Of a stretch of DNA of 64,000 nucleotides, positions 29,594 to 40,000 are shown piece by piece. Both the position numbers and the translations under genes were made by a program. Each line of letters opens with the position of its first letter. The stretch's first letter is position 1. Under the pieces are notes generated by a model that saw nothing but the letters and a program-made list of their open reading frames with translations, did no database searches and was not told the DNA's origin. This stretch comes from an uncultured Actinomycetes bacterium (GTDB taxonomy: Bacteria; Actinomycetota; Acidimicrobiia; Acidimicrobiales; CADCSY01), in the NCBI GenBank assembly GCA_963839545.1, contig CAWIVE010000005.1, positions 257,983-321,982 on the forward strand, given 5' to 3'.

Positions 29594-30165
29594 GCGAGCC
29601 CGGCGGCGACGACGACCCCGGCTGGGGCCCGGCCTTCGGGGGCCTGGGCTGGGGCCTCGTGCCCGGGTTGGCCATCCGTCGGGCCCAGCGCAGCGGTGGT
29701 GACGGGCTCCTCGTCCTCCGCAGCCTGTTCCTGTCGTTCTGCGCCGCCGTCGCGCTGGTGGGCGTCGTGGTGGCGATCCTGTCCGCAGGGGAGGGGATGG
29801 ACGGGAGCGCCGACGCCGGTCCCGTGGCGATCGCGGTGGCTCTCGCCGGCGTGGCGCTCCTCGTGGCGTCGACCTGGCGGCGCCCGCTGGACGGCACGAG
29901 CGAAGCCACCCTGGCCGAGAGCTACCGGAAGCGCTTCTTCCTCCGCATGGCCTTCGCCGAGTCGGCCGCGCTGCTCGGCTTCGTCGGTTTCATCCTGACG
30001 GGCAACCCGGTCGTCTACGTGGCCGGCGCCGTCTTCACGGTGCTCGGCTTCGTCCTCATGGCGCCCACGGCGGCCAACCTCGCCCGGGACCAGGAGGCCC
30101 TGCGGGCGTCGGGCAGCCGGCACTCGCTCGTCTCCGCCTTGCGGGCCCCACCGCGAGGACGCTGA
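29590..30165 (+). CDS. hypothetical integral membrane protein (3-4 TM)
   Basis: ATG at 29590 (aa 69 of track ORF 29386..30165). Hydrophobic segments LVLRSLFLSFCAAVALVGVVVAIL, VAIAVALAGVALLVA, LLGFVGFILTG, VYVAGAVFTVLGFVLMA. Confidence 0.5.
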   Translation: MSEPGGDDDPGWGPAFGGLGWGLVPGLAIRRAQRSGGDGLLVLRSLFLSFCAAVALVGVVVAILSAGEGMDGSADAGPVAIAVALAGVALLVASTWRRPLDGTSEATLAESYRKRFFLRMAFAESAALLGFVGFILTGNPVVYVAGAVFTVLGFVLMAPTAANLARDQEALRASGSRHSLVSALRAPPRGR

Positions 30166-30212
30166 GCGCGGCCCGTCGGTACGCTGGCTCCAGCGCCAGA
30201 AGAAGGAGCTCC

Positions 30213-31004
30213 GTGCCGAAGGCCCGACGTCGGGATGAGGTGGCAAGGCTCGAAGCGGAGCTCTCGGCGGCGCGACCGTTCCTCGAGCTGGCCCGGGAGA
30301 TCTCCGACGACGTGGCCCGGGTGGTGGCCGACCCGGACGCCCCGCCGGAAGCGCTGGCCGAGGCCATCCGGGACATCCCCGAGCGGGAGCGGGCGGAGGT
30401 CGTGCGGGCCGTGTTCGACCGGCTGCCGGTCGACCGGCAGTGGTCGGTGATCGAAGCCGCCTTCGGCGACGACGAGATCCGGGCGGCGCTGGCGGACGAG
30501 CGCGCCGTCCGCCTCGAGGAGGTCAGGCGCACCGAGGCCCGGCGGCGGGTGGCCCGCCACGCCCGGGTCGAGCACCGCCTCGACGTCGACGAGGTCCCGG
30601 TGGGCGAGCTGCTGGTCCTGGGGCTGTTCCGGGAGTCCGACGTGGCCGCTGCCGCCGAGCGGGGCGCGCAGTCGTCGGCCGCGGCCCGGCGCCTGGTGCT
30701 GCGGCGGGTGGACGGTCCCGGGAACTTCGCCGTCGTCGAGGACGTCTTCAACCCCGAGGGGGGCTACTTCGTGGACGTCACCTACGACCGGGACGCATGG
30801 CAGCGGGACCGGTTGCCGCCCCATGCCGTGGTCCGTCCGGGCTCCCTCGTCGATTCGCCGGCCGGGACCCGGTTCGAACCGGCGCTCCACGTCCGCGGGC
30901 GCGTCGACGTGGAACAGGATTCCGAGGCCCGCGAGGGCCAGCTGCACCTGGGCTATGCGATGGTCGGAGACGACGACGTCTTCGCCGAAGGGGGCCGAAC
31001 GTGA
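30213..31004 (+). CDS. hypothetical protein, operon partner of flotillin
   Basis: GTG with perfect AAGGAG 5 nt upstream. No TM. No recognised domain. Confidence 0.5.
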   Translation: MPKARRRDEVARLEAELSAARPFLELAREISDDVARVVADPDAPPEALAEAIRDIPERERAEVVRAVFDRLPVDRQWSVIEAAFGDDEIRAALADERAVRLEEVRRTEARRRVARHARVEHRLDVDEVPVGELLVLGLFRESDVAAAAERGAQSSAAARRLVLRRVDGPGNFAVVEDVFNPEGGYFVDVTYDRDAWQRDRLPPHAVVRPGSLVDSPAGTRFEPALHVRGRVDVEQDSEAREGQLHLGYAMVGDDDVFAEGGRT

Positions 31005-33001
31005 CCGTGCTCATCGTGGTCCTGGTGGGGGTCCTCGTCCTCCTCCTGGTCGTCGCCCGCGGCTTCCACTCGATCGGGGCCGCCGAGGTCGGCCTCGTGA
31101 CCAAGCGCCTCGGCAAGCGCCTGGAGGGCGACCAGCTGGTGGCCCTCAACGGCGAGGCCGGGTACCAGGCCGAGCTCCTGATGCCGGGACTGCGCTTCAA
31201 GCTGTGGCCGCTGTTCGGCGTCGAGCGCTACCCCTGGGTGCAGGTGGCCCCCGACCACGTCGGGCTCGTCATCGCCCAGGTGGGCGAGTCGCTGCCGACG
31301 GGCGCCAAGTCGGCCATCTACAAGGACGAGTTCGGGGGCTTCTCCGACCTCCGCGCCTTCCTGGCCAACGGCGGTGAGCGAGGGGTGCAGCGCCCGGTGC
31401 TCCCGCCGGGGTCGACCGCGCCCATCCACCCCGTCGGCTTCGTGGTGATCACCAGCGACCGAACCTTCGGGAAGATGATCTCGGAGGCGTCGGAGAGCGC
31501 CATCGCCCAGGTGGACGAGAGCGCCCTCAAGGTGATGCACATCACCCCGCAGGGGGACCGGGACGTCGTCGGCGTCGTCACCACCCTGGAGGGACCGCCG
31601 TCGGGCGACATCGCCAGCCGCATCGGGGGCTTCAGCGACGTCACCGCCATGGAGGACTCGGAAACCGGGTCGTCGCCGATCCAGATCATCCAGGCCGTCC
31701 TGAAGGCCAAGAACGACCTCCATGACAACTACCAGGACTACCAGCGGTTCCTCGACAACGGCGGCTGCATCGGCCTCCAGCACGATCCCGTGCTCTACGG
31801 CTCGTATCTGCTGAACCCGTTCCTGGTGAAGGTCGAGCTGCGGGAGATGCTCGTCGTCCGCCAGGGCGAGGTGGCCGTCATCAAGGCGTACGTGGGGTTG
31901 CCCACCGAGGACACCTCGGGCACGGAGTTCAAGTTCGGCTCGATCGTGCAGCCGGGGCACCAGGGCATCTGGTCCGAGCCGCTGCGCACCGGCAAGTACA
32001 CGCTGAACCCGCGGATCTACGAGGCCGAGATCGTCCCGACGTCGATCCTCACGCTCAACTGGTCGCACGCCACCAGTGACGCCCACAGCCTCGACGCCCG
32101 GCTGTCGCCCATCGACGCGAAGAGCAAGGAGGCGTTCACCTTCAGCATCGACCTCCAGGTGCAGATCCACGTGCCCGACACGCGGGCGCCGAAGGTCATC
32201 AGCATGGTCGGCACGATGCAGAACCTCGTCAACGAGGTGCTGCAGTCGGCGGTCGGGAACTACTTCCGCAACAAGCTCCAGACCCTCGGGGCCACCGAGT
32301 TCATCGAGAAGCGGGACGAGGTCCAGAACGCCGCCGAGATGTACATCCAGCAGTACCTGTCCCGCTACGAGGTCGAGACGCGGGGTGTCTACATCCAGGA
32401 CGTCATCTTCCCGGCCGATCTGGTCGAGGTCCTCACCAGCCGGGAGATCGCCGCCCAGGAGCGGGCCACGTTCGCCCAGCAGCGCTCGGCCCAGGAGGCC
32501 AGGGTGAGCCTCGAGCAGCAGCGGGGCGTGGCCGACATGCAGGGGCAGCTGGCCCAGGCCAACGTGTCGATCGACATCGAGCGGTCGCGGGCCGAAGCGG
32601 CCCGGGCCCGGGCGCAGGGCGAGGCCGACGTCATCCGCACCACCGGTGACGCCGAGGCCACCCGGACGGCGGCCATCGGTTCCGCCAACGCCTCGGCCGA
32701 GGAGGCGCTCGGGCTGGCCCGGGCCAAGGGCTTCGAGGCCCAGCGGCGGGCCATCGGCTCGGAGCAGACGGCGCTCGTGGCCGCCTTGCGGGAGGTGGGC
32801 ACCGGCCACGTCAAGATCGTCCCGGACATCCAGGTCGGGGGCGACGGTGGTGGCGTGATCGGGGGGCTCGGCGCCCTCCTGATGCGCAACCTGTCGAACG
32901 GGTACGGGCCCGCGCCGGAGGACCGCACCAACGGCGAGGCGGCCGAGGAGGTCGAGGCGCCGGACGACACGATTTCGGAGCATCGACTACCGCAGGGGTA
33001 G
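31001..33001 (+). CDS. flotillin / SPFH (band-7) domain protein with N-terminal TM and C-terminal coiled coil
   Basis: GTG at 31001 overlaps upstream TGA (GTGA). TM VLIVVLVGVLVLLLVV, SPFH region then Ala/Glu/Gln-rich coiled coil (AQERATFAQQRSAQEARVSLEQQ...). Confidence 0.75.
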   Translation: MTVLIVVLVGVLVLLLVVARGFHSIGAAEVGLVTKRLGKRLEGDQLVALNGEAGYQAELLMPGLRFKLWPLFGVERYPWVQVAPDHVGLVIAQVGESLPTGAKSAIYKDEFGGFSDLRAFLANGGERGVQRPVLPPGSTAPIHPVGFVVITSDRTFGKMISEASESAIAQVDESALKVMHITPQGDRDVVGVVTTLEGPPSGDIASRIGGFSDVTAMEDSETGSSPIQIIQAVLKAKNDLHDNYQDYQRFLDNGGCIGLQHDPVLYGSYLLNPFLVKVELREMLVVRQGEVAVIKAYVGLPTEDTSGTEFKFGSIVQPGHQGIWSEPLRTGKYTLNPRIYEAEIVPTSILTLNWSHATSDAHSLDARLSPIDAKSKEAFTFSIDLQVQIHVPDTRAPKVISMVGTMQNLVNEVLQSAVGNYFRNKLQTLGATEFIEKRDEVQNAAEMYIQQYLSRYEVETRGVYIQDVIFPADLVEVLTSREIAAQERATFAQQRSAQEARVSLEQQRGVADMQGQLAQANVSIDIERSRAEAARARAQGEADVIRTTGDAEATRTAAIGSANASAEEALGLARAKGFEAQRRAIGSEQTALVAALREVGTGHVKIVPDIQVGGDGGGVIGGLGALLMRNLSNGYGPAPEDRTNGEAAEEVEAPDDTISEHRLPQG

Positions 33002-33018
33002 CGGATCCTCCGGCATCG
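32975..33018. repeat. palindromic repeat family 2, copy 2 (spans flotillin stop codon)
   Basis: tcggagcatcgactaccgcaggggtagcggatcctccggcatcg is near-identical to reverse complement of 10473..10514. Confidence 0.45.
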
Positions 33019-33035
33019 GCCTCGTCCTCTCGCTC

Positions 33036-33806
33036 TCAGCGCCCGAGCAGGAGCGCGGTGGTGGCCTCGTCGGCCGGGAAGAACGACTCGATGGACAGCT
33101 CGGCCGTGGTGATGTCGCGAGCGGTGCCGAAGGTGGCCACCGTGCTGACGAACGACAGGGTCCGGTCCCCGGCCCGCAGCTCCAGCGGGACGAACAGCGG
33201 CGCCGGCCCGTCGGACGGGAGGGGACCGTCGACCACGCCGGGGTAGGTCCGCAGCTCGGCGATCAGCTGGTCGAGCGCGGGGTCGGCCGACACCGCCGCC
33301 TCCCGCCGGAGCCGGTCGAGCAGGTGGCTGCTCCACTCGGCGAGGTTGACGATGCGGGGGGCGAGGCCGTCCGGGTGCAGGGAGATGCGCAGGGCGTTCG
33401 CCCCCTCGCCGAGCAGGGACGGGTCGACGCCGTCGGTGAGGAGGGCGAGCGCCGCCTCGTTGGCCGACACGAGCCCCCACCGGTGGTCCACGACGATGGC
33501 CGGGAACGGCGCGTGGCCGGAGAGGATCTTGTCGAGCGCGGCCCGGACGGGGGCCATCTCCTCGGCGTCGATGGGGCGCTCGGCGTAGACCGGGGCGTAC
33601 CCGGCGGCCACGAGGAGCGTGTTGCGCTCGCGCAGCGGCACGTCGAGGTGCTCGGCGAGGTGGAGCACGAGCTCGCGGCTCGGCTTCGACCTCCCCGTCT
33701 CCACGAAGCTGAGGTGGCGGGTGGAGACCTCGGCCTCGAGGGCGAGGTCGAGCTGGCTGAGGTGCCGCCGCTGTCGCCAGTCCCGCAGGAGCACGCCGAC
33801 GGTCAT
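33036..33806 (-). CDS. MmyB-family transcriptional regulator (XRE HTH + MmyB-like C-terminal domain)
   Basis: ORF track. LRDWRQRRHLSQLDLALEAEVSTRHLSFVETGRSKPS HTH. Full-length MmyB-like architecture. Confidence 0.7.
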   Translation of the reverse strand: MTVGVLLRDWRQRRHLSQLDLALEAEVSTRHLSFVETGRSKPSRELVLHLAEHLDVPLRERNTLLVAAGYAPVYAERPIDAEEMAPVRAALDKILSGHAPFPAIVVDHRWGLVSANEAALALLTDGVDPSLLGEGANALRISLHPDGLAPRIVNLAEWSSHLLDRLRREAAVSADPALDQLIAELRTYPGVVDGPLPSDGPAPLFVPLELRAGDRTLSFVSTVATFGTARDITTAELSIESFFPADEATTALLLGR

Positions 33807-33893
33807 GCGCAGGAACCTACCGACGACCCCGTGCAGCGGCGCCTACCCGACAGGTAATCGCCGGGCTTCCCCGCCGGGCGGAAGGTGGGGGGC

Positions 33894-34280
33894 ATGACCA
33901 CCGACACCAGCACCCTGACCGACGTCGTCGACACCTACATCGACATGTGGAACGAGGAGGACGCCGACCGGCGGGCCGACCTCATCCGCACCGCCTGGGC
34001 CGACGACGCCCGCTACCGCGACCCGCTCCTCGAGGCCGACGGCCACGCCGGCCTCAGCGAGATGGTCGCCACCGTCCACGGCCACTACCCGGGCCACCGC
34101 TTCCGGCGGACCAGCGGGGTCGACGCCCACCACGACGTCGCCCGCTTCGGGTGGGAGCTCGTGGCCCCCGACGGCGCCGTCTTCGTCGGCGGGATCGACG
34201 TCGCCACGCTGGGCGACGACGGCCGCCTCCGGACCATCACCGGGTTCTTCGGCGACCCGCCCGCCCCCGACGCCGTTTGA
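33894..34280 (+). CDS. SnoaL/NTF2-like fold protein
   Basis: ATG at 33894 with AAGGTGGGGGG upstream (track start GTG 33885 also possible). TYIDMWNEED motif typical of NTF2-like. Confidence 0.5.
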   Translation: MTTDTSTLTDVVDTYIDMWNEEDADRRADLIRTAWADDARYRDPLLEADGHAGLSEMVATVHGHYPGHRFRRTSGVDAHHDVARFGWELVAPDGAVFVGGIDVATLGDDGRLRTITGFFGDPPAPDAV

Positions 34281-34292
34281 TGTGATGGGGCG

Positions 34293-34901
34293 GTGGGCGC
34301 CGCGCCGATCGTCGTCCTGCACGGGGCACCGCGGTCGGGGAAGTCGTCCATCGCCGCCGCCCTCGGCGACCCCTGGGTGAACGTGGGGGTCGACCTGTTC
34401 GACCGTTCGGTCGTCCCCCGCCGGTGCCGGCCCGGCATCGGGCTGCGCCCCGGCGGGGAGCGACCGGACCTCGAGCCCCTGCTGCCGGCCTTCTGCGCCG
34501 CGCTCGCCGCGTCCGTGGCCGCGCACAGCCGGCGGGGACGGCCGGTCGTCGTCGACGTCGGGCTCCACGACGACCACTCCCGACCGTTGGGCCTGCGGGC
34601 CGTGGTGGCGAGCCGGCTCGCCGGGCTGCCCGTGCTCCTCGTCGGCGTCCGCTGCCCGCCCGAGGAGGTCATGCGCCGGCGTGACGCCGGCCCCGGCCGC
34701 TACGTGACCTCGGCGCCGGGAGGCGGCGTCCCCGACGTGGTGCGACGCTGGGAGGAGGCCGTGCACACGCCGGGCGTCTACGACCTGGAGGTCGATACGT
34801 CGCTGCGCAGCCCGGCCGGGTGCGCCGAGGCCATCCGGTACCACCTGGAGGCCGGCCCCGCCCCCGCGGCCCTGGACGTTTGGGCAGGCAGATCGCGGTA
34901 G
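34293..34901 (+). CDS. chloramphenicol-phosphotransferase-like P-loop kinase
   Basis: ORF track. Walker A GAPRSGKSSIA followed by WVNVGVD. Last 7 codons plus stop lie in repeat family 1 copy A. Confidence 0.55.
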   Translation: MGAAPIVVLHGAPRSGKSSIAAALGDPWVNVGVDLFDRSVVPRRCRPGIGLRPGGERPDLEPLLPAFCAALAASVAAHSRRGRPVVVDVGLHDDHSRPLGLRAVVASRLAGLPVLLVGVRCPPEEVMRRRDAGPGRYVTSAPGGGVPDVVRRWEEAVHTPGVYDLEVDTSLRSPAGCAEAIRYHLEAGPAPAALDVWAGRSR

Positions 34902-34927
34902 AGGCGCGATCTGGGTGCCCGAACGGG
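34877..34927. repeat. palindromic repeat family 1, copy A
   Basis: cgtttgggcaggcagatcgcgg-tagag-gcgcgatctgggtgcccgaacgg. Confidence 0.5.
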
Positions 34928-34974
34928 GCAGAGGCCGATGCCGGCGGCGAGGGACCCGCTAGTAGCTTCTCTCC

Positions 34975-37029
34975 GTGGGTCGACCGCTCGCGAGCCCCTC
35001 GCCCGCGGAGCTCGACGTCGCACGTGAGCCGGACGAGGAGACCTCGCCGCCACCCGTGCCGGCCCGACCGCAGGGCCGGGATCGGGACGTCGGGCGACTG
35101 GTCCGGACGTACTGGCCCCTCGCCGTCCTCGGCGTCGCCGCCGTGGCCGTTTCGGTCCTGTCCCGCCACCACCTGTTCCCCGCCCTGTCGTGGAACCGCG
35201 ACGAGCCCGTCTACCTGTGGCAGATGGAGACGCTGCGGGCGGGTCACTTCACCACCCCCGACGGCGGGTTCCCCGAGTTCTTCCACCCCTGGCTGTCCGC
35301 CGCCCGTGACGGCGCGCTGTTCTCCCACTTCACCCTCGGCTGGCCGCTCGCCCTCCTCGCCGGGGACGTCCTCTTCGGCACCCCCGACGCCGCCCTGGCC
35401 CTGGGAGCCCTCCTCACCGTCCTCGGCACCTACGCCCTCGCCCGGGAGCTGACGCGGGAGCACGGCGTGTCCCTGGTGGCCGCCGCGGTGATGTGCGCGT
35501 CCCCCGTCGTCGCCGTCCAGGGCGGGGTCTACCTCGGCTACCTCTTCACCCTCGGGCTCGGCCTGCTGTTCGCCGCCGCCCTGCTGTCGGGCATGCGCCG
35601 CGGCCTCCCGCTGCGGGTGGTGACGGCCGGCGCCCTCGTCGGCTGGATCTTCCTCACCCGCCCCTACGACGCCGTGCTGTGGGGCGTCGGCGCCTCCGCC
35701 TACCTGATCTGGAACCGCCGGCGCCGGTTGCGCACCCTCCTCCCGGCGGCCGGGTGGTTGGCCCTCGGGGCCGCCCCCTTCGTCATCGCCAGCCTGGCCT
35801 ACAACGCCGCCGTCGTCGGCGGCCCCCTGTCGTTCCCCAACACGGCGTCGGACCCGCTCGACACCTTCGGGTTCGGCGAGCGGCGCATCATGCCCGGCTT
35901 CGGACGGACCGAGTTCGGGTTCCTCGACGCCCTCGAGGGCAGTGGCAAGAACGTCAAGGCGTTCCGCAGCTTCGTGTTCGGCGGCACCCTCGGGGTGCTG
36001 GTGGCTGTGGTGGGCCTGTGGCGGGTCCGGCACGACCGCCGCCTGCTCCCGCTCCTCACCCTCTCCCTCGTGTTCCCCCTCGGGTACCTCACCTTCTGGG
36101 GCGTCCACGTGTCGTCGCTGGCCGCGCTGTTCAGCGCGCCGATCTACTACATCCCCCTCTACGCCACAGCCAGCATCCTGATGGCGGTGTCCCTGGTGGC
36201 CCTCTGGCGCCGGCGACGTCTGGCCGCGGTGGCCGTGGTGGGCGTCCTGGCGGTGGCCACCGTGCCCGGCGCCGTCAGCGCGCTCGGCGCCAACCGGCGC
36301 ATGAGCCAGGCGCAGGAGCCGCTCGAGCAGGCCGCACCGCCCGAGGGGCGGGCGCTCGTGTTCGTCGAGGACTCCGGTCGCTACCTGTTGTTCAGCAACC
36401 CCTTCGTGGCCAACGACCCGGAGCTCGACGGGCGGGTGCTCTACGCCGTCGACCGGGGCCCGCGCAACCTCGACCTCATCCGGGCCATGCCGGACCGCGT
36501 CCCGTGGTCCCAGCGGCTCAACGTGGACTCGGACAACCTCCTGCCCCGGCGCCACCCGAAGGACTTCGAGCTCACCTACGAGCGGCTGGAACTGCTTCGG
36601 GGTGGCGGTCTCTCGCTGTCCGTCCGGGTCCGCAACACGGTGGGCCGGCCGACCGTGGTCGTCGGTGTCGGCGTCGGCGAGCGGGCCGTGTGGCGGACGC
36701 TCGCCACGGACTCCCGGCTGGGTGACACCTACGAGGCCACGTTCACGGCGGGTCCTGCGGGTGCCGGGAACGTGGACCTGCCGCTCGACGACGGCTACGC
36801 CACGCTGGCGGTCACCGCCGGGTTCGGCTGGGACGTGGGGATGGCGCGGAAGACGCCGCTCGCCCAGGTCCGCTACGACTACCGGCTCGAGGGTGGCGAG
36901 CTGGAGGTGCTGGATCCCGGCGAGTCCCTGGTGGCCGAGAAGAGCCGCAACCGCCGCCGCTTCGTGGCCACGGAGCGGTTGCCCGCGCTGGGCGTGGACG
37001 TCACCCCGCTGCCGGTGGGTGGCGGCTGA
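34975..37029 (+). CDS. GT-C fold glycosyltransferase family 39-like (PMT/ArnT-like) membrane protein
   Basis: ORF track. About 12 hydrophobic helices in N-terminal 430 aa then soluble C-terminal domain. Antisense track ORF 34669..37926 rejected. Confidence 0.55.
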   Translation: MGRPLASPSPAELDVAREPDEETSPPPVPARPQGRDRDVGRLVRTYWPLAVLGVAAVAVSVLSRHHLFPALSWNRDEPVYLWQMETLRAGHFTTPDGGFPEFFHPWLSAARDGALFSHFTLGWPLALLAGDVLFGTPDAALALGALLTVLGTYALARELTREHGVSLVAAAVMCASPVVAVQGGVYLGYLFTLGLGLLFAAALLSGMRRGLPLRVVTAGALVGWIFLTRPYDAVLWGVGASAYLIWNRRRRLRTLLPAAGWLALGAAPFVIASLAYNAAVVGGPLSFPNTASDPLDTFGFGERRIMPGFGRTEFGFLDALEGSGKNVKAFRSFVFGGTLGVLVAVVGLWRVRHDRRLLPLLTLSLVFPLGYLTFWGVHVSSLAALFSAPIYYIPLYATASILMAVSLVALWRRRRLAAVAVVGVLAVATVPGAVSALGANRRMSQAQEPLEQAAPPEGRALVFVEDSGRYLLFSNPFVANDPELDGRVLYAVDRGPRNLDLIRAMPDRVPWSQRLNVDSDNLLPRRHPKDFELTYERLELLRGGGLSLSVRVRNTVGRPTVVVGVGVGERAVWRTLATDSRLGDTYEATFTAGPAGAGNVDLPLDDGYATLAVTAGFGWDVGMARKTPLAQVRYDYRLEGGELEVLDPGESLVAEKSRNRRRFVATERLPALGVDVTPLPVGGG

Positions 37030-40000
37030 CGCCGGGGCCACCACAGCCACGCGCACGCCAGGTCGACGAGGAGCAGGGCGAGTGCCAGCCACGCCAGCTC
37101 GGGCCGGTGGGTCAACCGGCTGAGGGCAAGTGCGATGGCGGGACCGAGGAACACCACGCGGCGCACCTCGGCCACCCGCGCGCCGACGACGGTCGCCACC
37201 CCTGCGATCACACCGATCCACGGCCGTGAGGCGACGGCGACGGCGACGGTGATGCCACCGGCGAGCAGCGCCGTCAACGCCCACGACGCCGGCCGCCGGC
37301 CGGGGTAGGTCAGCAGCCGAGCGAGCGCGGGAGCGTCGGCCAGCCCCGCCTCGGGGCGTCGGCGCCGGGTGGCGACCACGATGCCGACGCACAGGAGCAC
37401 GGCGGCGGCGGACACGGCCATCCCGGCCCACACCAGCCGCTGCGGGCGCCAGCGCAGGTCCACCGTCATCGTGCCGGCGCCGTCGGGCTGCACGAGCCAG
37501 CCGTTGGCGTAGCCGTCCACCTGCTGGAGCGGGCCGACCGATCCGGACGAGGGATCGGCGTGCCAGCCCTCGCTGTAGCTCTGCCCCAGCACGAGCCAGA
37601 ACGGCTCTCCGTTGGTGGCGATCTCCACGTCCACCGAGGTGGCGCCGGACGACCGGACCTCCACCTCCGCGCCCGACTGGTCGAGCGGGGTGCCTCGCGG
37701 CGCCACCGCCGCGGTCGTCCCCTCGGCGTCGGAGGCGAGCACCACCCGGTCCAGGTCGACCCCTGTGTCCAGGCCGGGGCGGGAGCGCAGGTCGTGCTCC
37801 CCGCGGTCGAGGACCACCGGCCCGTCGCAGGTGGCCACGCCGAGGCCGCGCCGGCCGTCGGTGGCCCGTCCGGTCAGGCGCACCGGGACGGGGTCGCCGT
37901 CGACCTCCAGGAGGTCCTCCCGGCACTCCTGCGGCACGTCGCCCGGCTCGGCGGGAACCGGGGCCCCGGGCAGCCGCACGTCGGCGATGGCCACGGGGAG
38001 GCTGGAGCGGACGTCGGGATCATCGGGGACGGCGGTCACCCGGCGCACCTCCTCGACCGTGAGGCGCACGGACCGGCCGGTGACGTCGTCGACGGGGAGC
38101 GTCACCCGCTGCACCGCTCCCGGCTCGTCCCCGTCCTCGATCGCCGGGAGCGCCATCGACCTCGTCTCGCCGTCCACCTCCAGCTCGACGCGGGTGGGGA
38201 CCGAGTGGCGCCCGTCGGCCACCACGGAGAGCTGGAGCTCCGAGATGTCCAGGGGGTCGGGCGCGTCCACGGCGAGCCACTGCCCCTCCTGGCGCCCGAG
38301 CTGGGCGGTCCACGCCGTGCGCACGTTCCCGCCGCCGTCGCCGTCGAAGGCGCGCGACGCGCGGGCCCCGGGGTCGCCGGCCAGGTGGCCCGACGCGGAG
38401 AAGCCGGCCCCCGCCGCCGTCGTCCCGAGCACCTCGTCGAGGACGTCGTCCGGTGCGTTCGGGTTCACCCGCGCCGTCCCCACGAAGCGGAAGCGCCGGT
38501 CGTCCGGCAGGGTGAAACCCCGGTCGAGCCGCAGCTCCTCGTCCTGGCGGCCCCGCTCGCCCGGTTCTCGGCGCAGCCGGGTGAGGACCACGTCGAGGCT
38601 GTGGCCGCGGGCGTCGTCCCCCACCCGCTGGGGCACGTCCAACGGCAGGCGCACCCGCTCCCGCACCCGCATGCCGTCCAGGTCCACCTCGGCGAAGCCG
38701 ACGGCGTTGGCCCGCGCCGGGTCGATCGGCGGCACGGTGGTCCCGAGCAGCTCGACCTCGAGGCGCCCGACGGTCCGCCGGGGGAAGCGCACCACCTCAC
38801 CCTCGGGCGTGAGGGAGTCGCCGCCCAGGTCCACCGTCACGGGGTCGCCGCTGTCGAAGTGGAGGCGGACCCGGGTCAGCACCCGGTCGCGGGGTCCGTC
38901 CTGGGGCTGGACCAGCGTCACCCGGTCGGCCTCCATCGGCTCCTCGGGCCAGAGGATCAGCCGCTCGCCGGTGGGCGAGGCACCGCCCACCCGCCACGCC
39001 GTGCGGTCGTCGCCGTCCACGGCCCGAGCGGCGCGGTCCTCGGGCCGGCCGGCCCCGCCGTCGTTGGTGGCGTCGACCCGGCCGCCCACCTGCTCGACGA
39101 CGGTGCGCTCGTCGTCGGTGGAGCCGGGGAACACGTCGAGGCGGAAGTCGTAGCCGTTGGGGTCGGGGGCGGTCTGGCCCGCCCGCTCGGTGGCCCCGCG
39201 GGTGTCGCGGATCGAGGAGAACCAGTTCTCGATGCGGCGGCGGTTGGTGTCGGTCATGACGAGATCGGCGCCCGCCTCCAGGGCGTCGGCCAGCTCGTCG
39301 TCGTCCATGGCCGCCAGCTCCCGCACGAGGGCGTCACCGTTCAGGAGGCCGGCGGCGGCGGCGTCGACGATGCCGTCCCCGTCACCGCTCAGCACCACCG
39401 GCCCGGCGACGGGAGCGGCGTGGACGATGGGGACGGCGCCGTCCACGTCGAAGAGCGCCACCTCGGGCGGGTCGGCGGCGTTCGTCGGCGTGCGCAGCTC
39501 GAGCTCGTCGACCGCCGGGAAGCCGGCCGGGGGCCGGTTGGGCAGCCCGGGACCGAACCCCTCGGGCTCCTCGAGGCCGGGCGCCAGCGGCCGCGTGAGC
39601 AGGCGCCACAGGAGTCGGGGGCGCGGGGTGCCGTGGCGCTCGTACTGGAGGTCGGAGCGCAGGGCCACGGTGCCCACGCCGAGGAGGCGGGCCATGGCCG
39701 CCAGCGAGGCGGGCTCGAAGGTGCCCTGCTGGAGCCGGCGGTCCAGCGCGTCGAGGAGGTTGACCGAGGGGGGCGTGCCGTAGGGGAGGACCTCGCGGGC
39801 CAGGTACGGCCGGTCCGTGAGCCCGGGCGTGATCGGCTCCACCGCGTTGCCCCAGCGGTAGGCGGCGAAGTTGGAACCCGGGATCTCCAGCACCCGGGTG
39901 TCGTCGCCGCCCCGGTCGAGGGCGGCCGCCGCCTCCCGCCAGTAGTCGGGCACGTCCTCCGGACGGTCGACGCTGCGCGACAGGTAGCCGTCCTCCCACA

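Noticed and set aside
30440-31000. Upstream part of track ORF 30440..33001
   Set aside because: It overlaps the preceding gene in another frame. The flotillin TM/SPFH region begins at GTG 31001 (GTGA junction).
34669-37926. 1085-aa minus ORF antisense to the GT39-like gene
   Set aside because: Arg/Gly/Pro-rich junk. The plus strand encodes about 12 hydrophobic helices typical of GT-C enzymes.
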